Below, in pieces: positions 26,469 through 36,850 of a DNA stretch of 64,000 bases. The stretch lies in IMG/VR virus record IMGVR_UViG_3300006217_002156. One strand, 5' to 3'. The stretch's first letter is position 1. The number at the start of each line of letters is the position of its first letter. The notes below the pieces were generated by a model. That model ran no database searches. It saw only the letters and a list, made by a program, of their open reading frames with translations, and was not told the origin of the DNA. Both the position numbers and the translations under genes were made by a program. This DNA is from an uncultured virus (IMG/VR IMGVR_UViG_3300006217_002156). Lineage: Duplodnaviria > Heunggongvirae > Uroviricota > Caudoviricetes.

Positions 26469-26942
26469 ATGAGTTTTCTTTTGGAGCGCGACACCCTCAA
26501 CGGCGCGTCGGGCAAGGCCGTTGTCACGGTCAACGGCCAGATCAAGGAACTGTTCGGGGCCAAGAAGGTCCAGACCCAGGCAGAGATCGCCACCTCTGAT
26601 ATGAAGGTTGTTGGGACCAAGAAGATCCAGAAAAAACCGGCGGGCGTGACCCAGACAGGCACCATGACCATCTACTACGGTACGCCTCTGTTCCTGGATA
26701 TGCTTGCCCAGTACATCCGCCAGGGCCGGATGCCATACTTCACCTTTCAAACCACCAACAATGACCCTACTACTACGGTAGGTGTGCAGACGGTGGCTTA
26801 CTACAACTGCAAACTGTCCGGGACCATTCCCTTGTCTGTCCTGGACGCGGATGTGGACATGCTGACCATGGACATCAGCTTCACCTATGAGGATTTTGAG
26901 ATTCTCTCCGCCTTCCACGACCCGGCGGAGACCGGAACCTGA
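26469..26942 (+). CDS. Tail tube protein (XkdM-like)
   Basis: TGTMTIYY.T, NNDP...G.QT, FTYEDFE. Confidence 0.9.
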   Translation: MSFLLERDTLNGASGKAVVTVNGQIKELFGAKKVQTQAEIATSDMKVVGTKKIQKKPAGVTQTGTMTIYYGTPLFLDMLAQYIRQGRMPYFTFQTTNNDPTTTVGVQTVAYYNCKLSGTIPLSVLDADVDMLTMDISFTYEDFEILSAFHDPAETGT

Positions 26943-26956
26943 GAAAGGAGTTCAAC

Positions 26957-27525
26957 ATGAGCAATCTGAACGCGTTTTTGAACCCTGTAAACGTCGAAGA
27001 GAAGCAGGAGGTCATGATCTCTAAGCGCTTTCGGAACGAGGAGGGCGAACCGGTCCCCTTTGTGATCCGGCCCCTCACCCAGCAGGAGAATGACGCCTTG
27101 ATCCGCAAGTCTACCCACATGGTCAAGGCCAGCGGAAAGCCAGTGGAAAAGCTGAACAACCTGGAATATGGCCGGCGGGTGGTGGTAGCCGCTACGGTCT
27201 CCCCCGACTTTGCCAGCGAGGAGGTTTGCCGGGCCTATGGCACCATGGACCCCCTGGAGGTCCCTGGCAGGATGCTGCTGGTTGGGGAGTACGCCAGGCT
27301 GTCCGAGGCCATTATGGCGCTGTCCGGCCTGGATGACGATTTGGAGGAGCAGGCAAAAAACTAATTGCCCGGGGTGACCCGGACACCCTGCTGGCCTACT
27401 ACATGTTCGTCAATCATGGGTGGGCTCCCGGCAGGGTAGCCGAGCTTACATCCCGGGAAAAGGTTATAGCCACGCTGTTCGCGATCAAAGAAATAAAGGA
27501 TCGACCCAAGAAGGAGGGAATTTAA
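26957..27525 (+). CDS. Tail assembly chaperone (XkdN-like; 26957-27364), extended by a -1 frameshift to 27525
   Basis: Ends EQAKN* on A AAA AAC (27355-27361); -1 frame open to 27525. Confidence 0.8.
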
Positions 27526-29460
27526 ATGGCGTCCGTCCGGGAAGAACTTGTTCTGGTGGACCGGTTTTCGACCTCCTTCAACCAATACCTGAACCTGCTG
27601 GCCCGCGCCACCGGCGGCGCGTCCAATGCCGCAGCGGCCCAGAACCAGCTGAATGAAAGATTGGATCGTATGGCTGGAGCCGCCGATGAGGCGTCTGAGG
27701 CCGCTCGAAGGGCGTCAGAGGGGCAGAATAGCCTGAACCAACGCATGAACCAGGGGCAGTCATCCGCTTCCGGACTGGAGCGGCGTCTGTTGAGCCTGGC
27801 TAAGGCTTATATCAGCCTGCGTACCGCTCAGGCCTTTGTGGGCTTGTCCGACGCTCTGACCCAGACCAACGCCCGACTGGAGCGGATGAACGATGGACTC
27901 CAGACCACAGCAGAACTTCAGGGCCTGATTTACCAGGCGGCCCAGCGCTCCCGGGGCGCTTATCAGGAGACCGCCGATCTGGTGGCCAAGCTGGGCACGC
28001 TGGCTGGGGATGCCTTCAGCAGCAGCGCTGAGCTGGTGGCCTTCGCAGAGCAGATCAACAAGCAGTTTGCCCTGGCGGGCACCAGCACCCAGGGAGCACA
28101 GGCCGCTATGCTTCAACTGACTCAGGCCATGTCCTCAGGCATGCTTCGGGGCGAGGAGCTGAATTCTATTTTGGAGCAGGCCCCCACCATTGCCCAGGCC
28201 ATCGCCAAATATATGGGTGTGACCACCGGCGAAATGCGCCAGCTGGCCAGCGAGGGCAAAATCACCGCCCAAGTGGTGAAAAACGCTCTGTTCGAGGCGG
28301 CGGCAGAGACAAATGCCGCCTTTGAAAAAATCCCTCTGACCTTTGGGCAGGCATGGACTATGGCGGGCAACGCTGCCTTCAAGGCCATGGAACCCGCCTC
28401 AAAACGGCTGAATGAACTGCTGAACAGCGACCTGGGCCAGAAGGCTGTCAACGGCCTCATTGCCGCCTTTGAACTGCTGGGCAGCGCGGCGACGGGCGTC
28501 ATCGACCTGCTGACGGCGGGAGCCCAATGGGTGTCGGACAACTGGGACCTGGTGTCCACGGTGCTGCAATTCGCCAGGGGTGCAATGCTGGCCTTTGCGG
28601 CGGTCTCAGTGGCTTCGGCGCTGGCGTCAGCGGGGGCGTGGGCAATCGCCCATTTACCGCTGCTCCTGTTCGCCGCTTTGATTGGTTCAATCATTGTGGC
28701 CATGTATGCCGCAGGTATGACCAGCGAAGAGATTGGCGCGCACATCGGAGCGGTGCTCGGCGGGCTGTACACCTTTGGCTACAACCTGGTTGCGGCGGCC
28801 TGGAATCTCATCGCCACATTTGCCGAGTTTTTCGCCAATGTGTTCGACAACCCGGTAGCGGCCATTGCGAACCTGTTTCTGGGCTTGTTCAACTTCATCA
28901 TGGACGTGGTGGGCAACGCCGCCGGAGCCATTGACGCCCTGCTGGGCTCCAACCTGTCCGGAGCGGTCCGGGGCTTCCAGAATAAGGTCAACAAATTTGT
29001 TGTTGACACCTTCGGCGAGAACCAGATCAAGGTGGAGCGGATGACGCAGATCAGCTACGCTGACACCATGGCCCAGTGGTCTCAGGCCGGGGCGGGAATA
29101 GGCCGGGCATTGGACAATTTCAGTGTTGGAGATGTGATAGGCGGGTTCTCCAGTAACCCCATTGATTACTCCGCTATGTTGGACGCCTCCGGCATCCCGG
29201 CCAGCCTGGACTCCATCGGCAAGGACACTGCCGCCATCAAACGCAGCGTCTCTCTGTCGGAGGAGGACATCAAGCTGCTGGTAAATATGGCCGAGCGGCG
29301 GTATGTGAACAACATCAACCTGACCGCCCAGACACCGGTTATCACCATCAATGGTCAGAACACCGGCAACTTCCAGGAGGATTTACAGTGGCTGGAGGAC
29401 TCCTTGCAGAAGATCCTTCTGGAGCAGGCGGCCAGCCACACCGACTTAAGCTATCGCTGA
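27526..29460 (+). CDS. Tape measure protein
   Basis: QLTQAM.SG.LRGEELNSI.EQAP, ASEGKITA. Confidence 0.92.
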   Translation: MASVREELVLVDRFSTSFNQYLNLLARATGGASNAAAAQNQLNERLDRMAGAADEASEAARRASEGQNSLNQRMNQGQSSASGLERRLLSLAKAYISLRTAQAFVGLSDALTQTNARLERMNDGLQTTAELQGLIYQAAQRSRGAYQETADLVAKLGTLAGDAFSSSAELVAFAEQINKQFALAGTSTQGAQAAMLQLTQAMSSGMLRGEELNSILEQAPTIAQAIAKYMGVTTGEMRQLASEGKITAQVVKNALFEAAAETNAAFEKIPLTFGQAWTMAGNAAFKAMEPASKRLNELLNSDLGQKAVNGLIAAFELLGSAATGVIDLLTAGAQWVSDNWDLVSTVLQFARGAMLAFAAVSVASALASAGAWAIAHLPLLLFAALIGSIIVAMYAAGMTSEEIGAHIGAVLGGLYTFGYNLVAAAWNLIATFAEFFANVFDNPVAAIANLFLGLFNFIMDVVGNAAGAIDALLGSNLSGAVRGFQNKVNKFVVDTFGENQIKVERMTQISYADTMAQWSQAGAGIGRALDNFSVGDVIGGFSSNPIDYSAMLDASGIPASLDSIGKDTAAIKRSVSLSEEDIKLLVNMAERRYVNNINLTAQTPVITINGQNTGNFQEDLQWLEDSLQKILLEQAASHTDLSYR

Positions 29461-29478
29461 GAAAGAGGGTCCCCGACT

Positions 29479-30219
29479 GTGAAAAATCAATACGGCCTGT
29501 ACCTCTCCCGGGAGGGGACTACCCTCCGGTTCCCCGTCAATCCGGAGAGCTATAAGATTTCCAGGGACAATGACAACGGCGAATATAACGTCCTGGGAGT
29601 GGGCCCCATCATGATCCCCCGCACCCCCAAGCTCCAGGTAGTCACCTGGTCCGGGCTGCTGCCGGGCCAATCTGACTTAGGATCGGTCCTCACCGCCGGC
29701 GGCTTCCAGCCTCCTAAATTCTACATCGACTTTGTCCAGAAGGCGCTGGACCAGAAAGCGGTCCTCCGCTTTGTGGCCAACCGCTATATGGAGGATGGGA
29801 CCCCTATCTTTGATACCAACATGGAGGTCCTGCTCACCCAGTTCCACACCGAAGAGCGGGGTGGAGAGACCGGAGATTTCTACTATGACATCGGCCTGAG
29901 CGAGTACCGGGACTATTCCGCCAAAACCGTTACCCTTCAGCAGCCCGCCCCTGCCCAGCCGGTGCAGGCCAGCACGGAGCCCACCCGTTCCATCCCGGCC
30001 AGCCAGTTTACTGTGGGTCAGGAGGTCATTGTCAACGGGAATTACTACTACTCCAGCTGGGGCAAGGAGCCCCACGGTACCTTTTCCGGCTACCAGGGCA
30101 AAATTTCCCGTATCATCACCACCGACCCCACACGAAAGTATCCCTATCACATCACCACACTGAAGGGGAACAACCGGGGCTGGGTGAAGAAATCCCAGAT
30201 TCAGGCGGTGACAAAATGA
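29479..30219 (+). CDS. Tail tube initiator (XkdP-like)
   Basis: FPVNPE, GD.YY.I.L.EYR. Confidence 0.75.
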   Translation: MKNQYGLYLSREGTTLRFPVNPESYKISRDNDNGEYNVLGVGPIMIPRTPKLQVVTWSGLLPGQSDLGSVLTAGGFQPPKFYIDFVQKALDQKAVLRFVANRYMEDGTPIFDTNMEVLLTQFHTEERGGETGDFYYDIGLSEYRDYSAKTVTLQQPAPAQPVQASTEPTRSIPASQFTVGQEVIVNGNYYYSSWGKEPHGTFSGYQGKISRIITTDPTRKYPYHITTLKGNNRGWVKKSQIQAVTK

Positions 30220-31190
30220 GGCAGGAGCTGATTATCCTGGAAAAGAGTACCGGGCGGTGCTGGGATATCGCGCCCCAGGTGCAGAAGGTGACCTATACTA
30301 CCAACCGCACCGGCTCCCCGGGAACGCTGAAATTCACCGTCAACGCCTCCGGCATCTCCTTTGTGGAGGGGGATACAGTTCGATACTCAGTAGACGGTCA
30401 GTTGATTTTTCTGGGCTGGGTGTTCACCAAATCCAGGGACCGCTATTCTGTTATTGACGTCACCTGCTATGACCAGCTGCGCTATCTGAAGGCCAGCGCC
30501 AGCTACTGTTTCACCGCCCGCACCGCTGGACAGATTATCCGAGAGATCGCCCAGGACTTCCAGCTCACTGTGGGTACGCTGGACAACACCGGCTACCCCG
30601 TCCCTTCTCTCATCATGGAGGACAAGAGCTGCTTGGACATTATCTCCGCCGCCATCCAGCGGACTCTGCTGGCCACCGGGAAGCTGTACACCTTCTTTGA
30701 TGACGCCGGCGTCCTCTCCCTCCGGGAGACGGGGGCCATGGTGGCAGTGGGCGTGGTGGGGACCGGCTCGCTGCTGCTGGACTACAGTTACAAGACCGAC
30801 ATTGATGAGCAGACCTACAACTCCATCAAGCTGGCGCGGCCCAACAAGGAGACTGGCCGGGCAGATGTGTTCCAGGCGATTGACGCAAGCAACATTGCCC
30901 GCTGGGGCCTGCTCCAGCTCTATCAGAAGGTGGACGAGGCCATGAACAGCGCCCAGGCGGGCTCCCAGGCCAGGTCAATGCTCTCCTATTACAACCGGCG
31001 GTGGCGGACGCTGAGCATATCTTCACTGGGCCTGCTGGGACTCCGGGCTGGCCAGATGCTAATGATGGACGTGCCCTATCTGGGGGATATCAATCTAAAA
31101 CAGCTGGTCCTTCTGGAGAAGGTGACCCACACCTTTGAGAACGACCTGCACACCATGGACTTTGAGGTTCAGGAGTTGGGGGTGGACTGA
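30216..31190 (+). CDS. Baseplate hub (XkdQ-like)
   Basis: R.GSPG.L.F, CYDQLRYLK, WGLLQ.Y, VTHTF. Confidence 0.85.
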   Translation: MRQELIILEKSTGRCWDIAPQVQKVTYTTNRTGSPGTLKFTVNASGISFVEGDTVRYSVDGQLIFLGWVFTKSRDRYSVIDVTCYDQLRYLKASASYCFTARTAGQIIREIAQDFQLTVGTLDNTGYPVPSLIMEDKSCLDIISAAIQRTLLATGKLYTFFDDAGVLSLRETGAMVAVGVVGTGSLLLDYSYKTDIDEQTYNSIKLARPNKETGRADVFQAIDASNIARWGLLQLYQKVDEAMNSAQAGSQARSMLSYYNRRWRTLSISSLGLLGLRAGQMLMMDVPYLGDINLKQLVLLEKVTHTFENDLHTMDFEVQELGVD

Positions 31191-31751
31191 TTGGACCTGA
31201 TCGACACGCTGCACGGGATCATGGAGCGCTCCATGGACGCCTATGGCCTTTCTGACCTGGCCATGGGCACCGTCACCAGCGAAAAGCCCTTGGAGGTCAC
31301 CATTCGGGAGTCTATGGCTCCCCTGCCTCAGGAGGTACTGCACCTCACGGCGGCGGTCGTCGAGAAGAAAATTCCCGTCCTGGCCCATGAGCACATTACC
31401 GCCGGGTTCCGGCACGGCCACACGGTCTCCGGCCTCCGTCACGACCACAGCATTTCCAGCCTGGAGCACACCCACACTACCCAGGAGGGGGACACAGGAA
31501 GCGCTCTGGGCGGCGTCTATCAAACCGGCCAGGCCCTCCCTGAGGCCGTTCAGACCTCTGACGCCCTTACTCCGGACGCCTACACCTCCGACCAAAGGCT
31601 CAAGGATATCGTCTGCTATGAAAATGGAGTTCCTCTCCCGGTGGAGGGAGATTATATCATACTGAATCGGGGGCTGGCTGTGGGAGACAAGGTGCTTCTG
31701 CTGCGGGTTATGCGGGGACAGCAGTTTATCATCTTATCCCGGATTTTTTGA
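31191..31751 (+). CDS. DUF2577 baseplate spike-like protein with His-rich insert
   Basis: GTVTS.KPL, L.VGDKVLLLR..GQ.F.IL. Confidence 0.8.
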   Translation: MDLIDTLHGIMERSMDAYGLSDLAMGTVTSEKPLEVTIRESMAPLPQEVLHLTAAVVEKKIPVLAHEHITAGFRHGHTVSGLRHDHSISSLEHTHTTQEGDTGSALGGVYQTGQALPEAVQTSDALTPDAYTSDQRLKDIVCYENGVPLPVEGDYIILNRGLAVGDKVLLLRVMRGQQFIILSRIF

Positions 31752-31763
31752 GGAGGGGAGTTT

Positions 31764-32171
31764 ATGGCGATACTGCCTCAGTCTGATATTGATCTGTCTC
31801 AGGGCGTTGAGTTTCAGGATCAGCCATCCCTCACCTGGATCGCAGACCCGGTGACCCAACGGCTCCGGGGGCTGGGGGACAACTATGAGGCTGTCCGTCA
31901 GACGGTGGAAATCATTGTCAATGTGGAGCGCTTCCACTGGCAGATTTATACCCCCAACTTCGGGCGGGATTTTGACGGTCTGCTGGGGAACGATCCTGGT
32001 TATGTCGCCTCTGAGCTCCAGCGCCGCCTGACAGACGCTTTTCTCCCCGACAACCGCATCCTGGGCATCTCTGATTTCTCTTACACATTTCAGGATACCA
32101 CCCTCACCGCCGCTGTGACCGTCAACACCGTATTCGGTGAGGTACAAACCGCCTTGGAGGTGACGCTGTAA
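31764..32171 (+). CDS. DUF2634 (XkdS-like) baseplate wedge protein
   Basis: EAV.Q.V...VERF...IY...G, D.RI. Confidence 0.8.
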   Translation: MAILPQSDIDLSQGVEFQDQPSLTWIADPVTQRLRGLGDNYEAVRQTVEIIVNVERFHWQIYTPNFGRDFDGLLGNDPGYVASELQRRLTDAFLPDNRILGISDFSYTFQDTTLTAAVTVNTVFGEVQTALEVTL

Positions 32172-33289
32172 TGCTGGATTTCAGCTCCAAGCCCTATCGG
32201 GCCATTCTGGAGACTCTGCTGGCCAAGGTGCCCAGCTCCCTGGACAAGCGGGAGGGCTCCATGATCCAGACCGCCCTGGGGGCCGTGGCTTACGCTTTGG
32301 AGGAGTTTTATATGCTCCTGGACCAGGTACAGACCGGCGCGTTTATTCAGACCGCTGTGGGCTCTGACCTGGACAGCCTGTCTATCTTGGCCAACGTATC
32401 CCGATATCCGGCGTCTCCGGCGGTGCGCTTAGGGGCGTTCAATCTGGACACGATCCCCATTGGCTCCCGGTTCTCCACCATTGACGGCGGGGACAGCGTC
32501 AACTTTACCGCTGCCGCCCGGATCGGGGCGGGACAGTATCAGATGACCTGCGAGACTCCTGGCGTCATCGGGAATCAGTACACCGGTCCTATCCTTCCCA
32601 TCACCGCCATTCCGGGGCTGACCAGCGCCGAGATCACCGATATTCTGGTGCCTGGAGATGACGAGGAGACCGACAGCTCCCTACGGGCCCGCGTCATCTC
32701 CGCTTTGAATGAGCGGCCTTTCGGCGGCAATGTGGCTGACTACAAGCGGGTGGTGCTGGCCATAGACGGCGTGGGCGGCGTTCAGGTCTACCCCACTTGG
32801 GACGGCGGCGGAACGGTAAAACTGTCCCTCATCGGTTCCGACTGGATGCCGGCCTCAGTTCAACTGGTGGAGACGGTTCAGACCGCCGTGGACCCGCCCC
32901 CCAACCAGGGCCTGGGCTACGGCACGGCGCCCATCGGCGCGAAGGTGACTGTTACCGCGCCTGAGACGGTCGCGGTGGATGTGGCGGCCACCCTCACCTT
33001 GGGGGTGGGCTACACGGTGGAGCAGATGCAGCCCCTGGTGGAGAAGGCCATCGGGGACTACCTGCTCTCTGTCCGGCAGGCATGGCCGGAGCCGGACGCT
33101 TCCGGATTGACCCATTACACCTCCTGGGTCTACCTGGCCCGGCTGACCGCCGCCATCCTCCTGGTCCCCGGCGTGGTCAACACCACCGGGGTGACGCTCA
33201 ACGGGGAGACAGCGGACCTGGAGCTCATCGAGACCGGCCTGACCCAACAGGTACCGGTTTTAGGAACGGTGGTGCTGTCTGATGCCTGA
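32171..33289 (+). CDS. Baseplate J-like protein
   Basis: DKREGS, CET.G..GN, G.DEETD..LR, GGN.ADY, GGGTVK. Confidence 0.92.
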   Translation: MLDFSSKPYRAILETLLAKVPSSLDKREGSMIQTALGAVAYALEEFYMLLDQVQTGAFIQTAVGSDLDSLSILANVSRYPASPAVRLGAFNLDTIPIGSRFSTIDGGDSVNFTAAARIGAGQYQMTCETPGVIGNQYTGPILPITAIPGLTSAEITDILVPGDDEETDSSLRARVISALNERPFGGNVADYKRVVLAIDGVGGVQVYPTWDGGGTVKLSLIGSDWMPASVQLVETVQTAVDPPPNQGLGYGTAPIGAKVTVTAPETVAVDVAATLTLGVGYTVEQMQPLVEKAIGDYLLSVRQAWPEPDASGLTHYTSWVYLARLTAAILLVPGVVNTTGVTLNGETADLELIETGLTQQVPVLGTVVLSDA

Positions 33290-34166
33290 GACCGACATCT
33301 GTCAATATTGGCCTCTCTGGTTCCGAAAGATTTTGGATTTCCAGGCCCTGTGCCAGACGGTAGGCGATGAGCTGCGGGTCATGGCCTCCGCCATGGAGCA
33401 GGTGCGCCAGAACCTCTATGTTCAGACCATGGATGAGGCCGCCGCCGCGGCCTGGGAGTCCATCTTCCACATTGTCCCCAACCCCGCCACCGAGACCCTG
33501 ACCTTCCGCCGGGACCGTATTCTCAACCGGCTGTCCATGCGTCCGCCCTTCACCCTCACCTTTCTCTATCAGCGCCTGGACGCCCTTTTTGGGCCCGGGA
33601 ACTGGGAGGTGGAGGTGGACTATCCCAACTACACCCTGTACATCGAGGCAGCGGTGGAGGACCAGCAGTATTTTGCTGAGATGTCCGTCACCATGGACAT
33701 CATCAAGCCCTGCCACATCGTCTACATCAGCCGCCCCCGGGTGGCCGCCTCCTTCCAGGTGTCGGAGTCAATCACCCGCACCCTGGGCGAGTACAACTAT
33801 ATTCTGGGCGGCTGGGCACTGGGTCAGCTGCCGTTCTTCAGCGGCGACGAGGAGGAGGTTGTCAAAATGGCTACGCAGCCAAGCATTCAGCAGCCGTTCC
33901 TGGATCAGGCGGCCAGCTTTGTGGCGGAGGACATCAAGTCCGTCCGCGTCAACGGGACCATTATTATTACCGCCCTGTCCAAATCCACCGTGGGCAATGT
34001 GGCCTCTGTGGGTTACCGGGTGCTTCGGGAGCAGACGGAGGAGGTCAGCCTGATCGAGCTGCTGGACGCCGCTGGGACGGTACTCACCACCAGCGCCGTC
34101 TATGTCCCCATTGTGGAGGAAACCGTCGCCTTCCGCCATGCTTTCATCGTTAAGGAGGGAACCTGA
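33282..34166 (+). CDS. YmfQ/DUF2313 baseplate protein
   Basis: WE.I..I.P...ETL.FRR.RI, KP.H. Confidence 0.8.
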   Translation: MPETDICQYWPLWFRKILDFQALCQTVGDELRVMASAMEQVRQNLYVQTMDEAAAAAWESIFHIVPNPATETLTFRRDRILNRLSMRPPFTLTFLYQRLDALFGPGNWEVEVDYPNYTLYIEAAVEDQQYFAEMSVTMDIIKPCHIVYISRPRVAASFQVSESITRTLGEYNYILGGWALGQLPFFSGDEEEVVKMATQPSIQQPFLDQAASFVAEDIKSVRVNGTIIITALSKSTVGNVASVGYRVLREQTEEVSLIELLDAAGTVLTTSAVYVPIVEETVAFRHAFIVKEGT

Positions 34167-34167
34167 T

Positions 34168-35574
34168 ATGGCAGACAGACCTTTAACAGAACCTTTGGCC
34201 GCTGATCTGCCCGAAGACTGGAGCAGCGGCCAGATCGTGGCCCCTTCGGGCACGGATGTGGGCTTGAGCGAACAGCACGGCTACAACTACCTTATGCGGC
34301 AGGTCAACGCCGCCCGCCAGGCCATCAACACCATCAATGAGGGATTCGAAACCATCTCCGGCAAGCGCACCTGCACTGTGGTGGTCGGTACATCAGCCGG
34401 CGGATGGACCGAGGCCGACTGCGACTATCTTTGCGACGGCGCGGACGATGATGTGGAGATCAACCAGGCTATTGAGGACGCTGGCCAGTATGGTCAAATG
34501 GATTTAATGCCATCCGATCTTTTTTATGCAATTAAAGGCGGAACGGTACTCCTCCTTCCTGGAGTCTATAATATATCTTCTCAGATCGTCGTAAAGCAGG
34601 GCATAACGTTGAAAGGCAGTGGGAGACATGTTACAAAGATAAAAAGCGGAGGGATAGATTTCCCTGGAAAATATTCTCCCATGCTGACGCTGTCGTTCTC
34701 CTGTCTCAGTGATTTGAATATCATAAGCTCTTATGTTAATTTCGACGTGGAGCCATCTGTTGCCCTTGTCTCAGCAAGCGGTTCCACCATCACAAATTGC
34801 AGCTTTTCAGGGGGCCAGTCTGTCAAATGGCAGATATATCATTCCGGTGGGTACATAGATGTAAATAGCTGCTTGTTTGGCGGCGGGCATGGCGATATTC
34901 TCGAATCGGACTCAGGCCCCAGAGTGAGATTTTGTGATAATTATCTCAATAATTCTTATGGACTTATCAGCATCAAGGGCGGCGACCAGGCGCCAACTGT
35001 TCTTATCTTAAATAACTACGCCGGTTATCCATTCGAGCTTGTTCTGGATTCGATTTCAAGCAACAGCGTTATTTCCGGGAATTACATTGGCCGGCTGGAG
35101 CTTTTTAACACGAAGAACTTGAGGTATGCTTCTATGGCGACCCGGATAATCGCGAATGCTTTTCGCCCTAACAATCTGGACGATCCCATCATTAAGCTCG
35201 GAGAAAACACAGGCGGAAATTTTATCACGGGGAACCAGTTCACCTACACCACCTACAACAGTCCTTATACCAATATCTTAAGCGATGAAGGCTCTGGGAA
35301 TATCGTCCGTTTCAACAGCGACGATACCGGCAGCGGCGGAAGCGGCGGCGCCGGCGTGTCCAGCTTCAACGGCCGCTCCGGAGCTGTCACACCTCGATCA
35401 GGAGACTACACCGCCGATATGGTGGGGGCCAGGGCCAACACTTGGACGCCAACCGCAGCAGATGTGGGCGCGATCCCCACCGGCGCTGTGTCGAACATCC
35501 AAACGCTCACTCAGGCGGAGTATGATGCTTTGGCCGTCAAAGACCCAACAACTCTATACCTGATTAAGGAGTAG
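34168..35574 (+). CDS. Tail fibre/spike with beta-helix (pectin-lyase-like) domain
   Basis: DYLCDG.DD..EIN.AI, GGTV.L.PG.Y.I, V.SFNGRSG.V, LTQAEYDAL...TLYLI. Confidence 0.75.
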   Translation: MADRPLTEPLAADLPEDWSSGQIVAPSGTDVGLSEQHGYNYLMRQVNAARQAINTINEGFETISGKRTCTVVVGTSAGGWTEADCDYLCDGADDDVEINQAIEDAGQYGQMDLMPSDLFYAIKGGTVLLLPGVYNISSQIVVKQGITLKGSGRHVTKIKSGGIDFPGKYSPMLTLSFSCLSDLNIISSYVNFDVEPSVALVSASGSTITNCSFSGGQSVKWQIYHSGGYIDVNSCLFGGGHGDILESDSGPRVRFCDNYLNNSYGLISIKGGDQAPTVLILNNYAGYPFELVLDSISSNSVISGNYIGRLELFNTKNLRYASMATRIIANAFRPNNLDDPIIKLGENTGGNFITGNQFTYTTYNSPYTNILSDEGSGNIVRFNSDDTGSGGSGGAGVSSFNGRSGAVTPRSGDYTADMVGARANTWTPTAADVGAIPTGAVSNIQTLTQAEYDALAVKDPTTLYLIKE

Positions 35575-35577
35575 GCT

Positions 35578-36825
35578 ATGGTGAAGTTAGGAAATCAAAG
35601 TGTTTCAGCGCTCTGTCTGGGCGAAGCAAGGGTGGCAAGGGCCATTCTGGGGGAGCAGGTTGTGTTCTCCACCCATTCCGTCTTCACCGTCGCCGCCTCC
35701 ATCGACCCCGCCGGGAGCGGGACCGTCACCGGGGCGGGGCGGTACCGGGAGGGGGAGACGGTCACCCTCAAAGCGACGCCGGCGGAGGGCTATGAGTTCA
35801 CAGGCTGGCAGGAGAACGGCCAGACCGTCAGCGAAGAGGGGGAGTACACCTTTACTGTGACCAAAAATCGAACCTTCGCCGCTGTATTTGAAGAGGAGTC
35901 GCAATATATGGCGGGCAGAGACTGGTGGAGCTCAGAGCTGCCGTCCTCCGGATATTGGCGGGCCGTCGCATATGGGAACGGGAGGTTTGTGGCCATTGGA
36001 GGAGATGGGCCTACATTAGGCTCCAAGCGGTCGGCCTACAGTGAAGACGGTGTCGCCTGGACCGCGACGACGCTTCCGACTGACGCCTATTGGACGGATA
36101 TAACCTATGGCGCAGGGAGGTTTGTTGCGGTTGGTTATACAGGCTCAAAAACAAACCTTTTCATTTACAGCACTGATGGAATTAACTGGGAGTACTGTCC
36201 GTCTCGCGTCTATGGCTTTTGGTGCGGGGTGACTTATGGAGATGGGAAATTTGTAGCTGTCGCCGGAGGATCATATTCAGACAACAGAGCTGCTTATAGT
36301 ACGGACGGCCTTAACTGGACAGCGGCGACGCTTCCAACTTCTCTTGTCTGGACAGGGGTTTGCTATGGCGGTGGGAAATACATCGCAACATCGGGATATA
36401 CCCAAACCGATAAAGCCGCCTATAGTGAGGATGGCGTTACCTGGAAATTGATGACCATGCCCTCCTCTGCAAAATGGCGGGGAATTACCTATGGAAATGA
36501 TAAATTCATTGCAGTTGACAATAGTATTAGTTCTGTAAAGGTCATCTGCAGCGAGGACGGAATCAATTGGACCACAGGAACGCTTCCATTCCAGGGCTAT
36601 TGGCTTTGTATCGCCTACGGAGGAGGAAAATTTGTTGCAAAACCTACGAAAGACAAAAATGGAAACAAATTAGCATACAGCGAGGACGGAATGGTTTGGA
36701 TGGAAACGACGTTCCCGTTCTCAACAAGCGTGTATCGTATTGCCTACGGCGGCGGGAAATTTGTGGCTGTTGGATATAACAGCAAAAACGCAGCTTACAG
36801 CAGCAAAAAGGGTCCCGCTATTTGA
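35578..36825 (+). CDS. Receptor-binding protein: InlB-B-like repeat plus beta-propeller repeats
   Basis: G.G.Y.EG..VTL.ATP.EGY.F.GW; ~7 W...YG.GKFVA...S.DG..W repeats. Confidence 0.75.
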   Translation: MVKLGNQSVSALCLGEARVARAILGEQVVFSTHSVFTVAASIDPAGSGTVTGAGRYREGETVTLKATPAEGYEFTGWQENGQTVSEEGEYTFTVTKNRTFAAVFEEESQYMAGRDWWSSELPSSGYWRAVAYGNGRFVAIGGDGPTLGSKRSAYSEDGVAWTATTLPTDAYWTDITYGAGRFVAVGYTGSKTNLFIYSTDGINWEYCPSRVYGFWCGVTYGDGKFVAVAGGSYSDNRAAYSTDGLNWTAATLPTSLVWTGVCYGGGKYIATSGYTQTDKAAYSEDGVTWKLMTMPSSAKWRGITYGNDKFIAVDNSISSVKVICSEDGINWTTGTLPFQGYWLCIAYGGGKFVAKPTKDKNGNKLAYSEDGMVWMETTFPFSTSVYRIAYGGGKFVAVGYNSKNAAYSSKKGPAI

Positions 36826-36850
36826 AGAAAAGAAAGGATGGATTGAAGTC

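Noticed and set aside
35900..36800. Repeats in the receptor-binding gene as a DGR VR/TR pair or CRISPR
   Set aside because: They are degenerate protein-level repeats; there is no reverse transcriptase and no adenine-specific repeat pair
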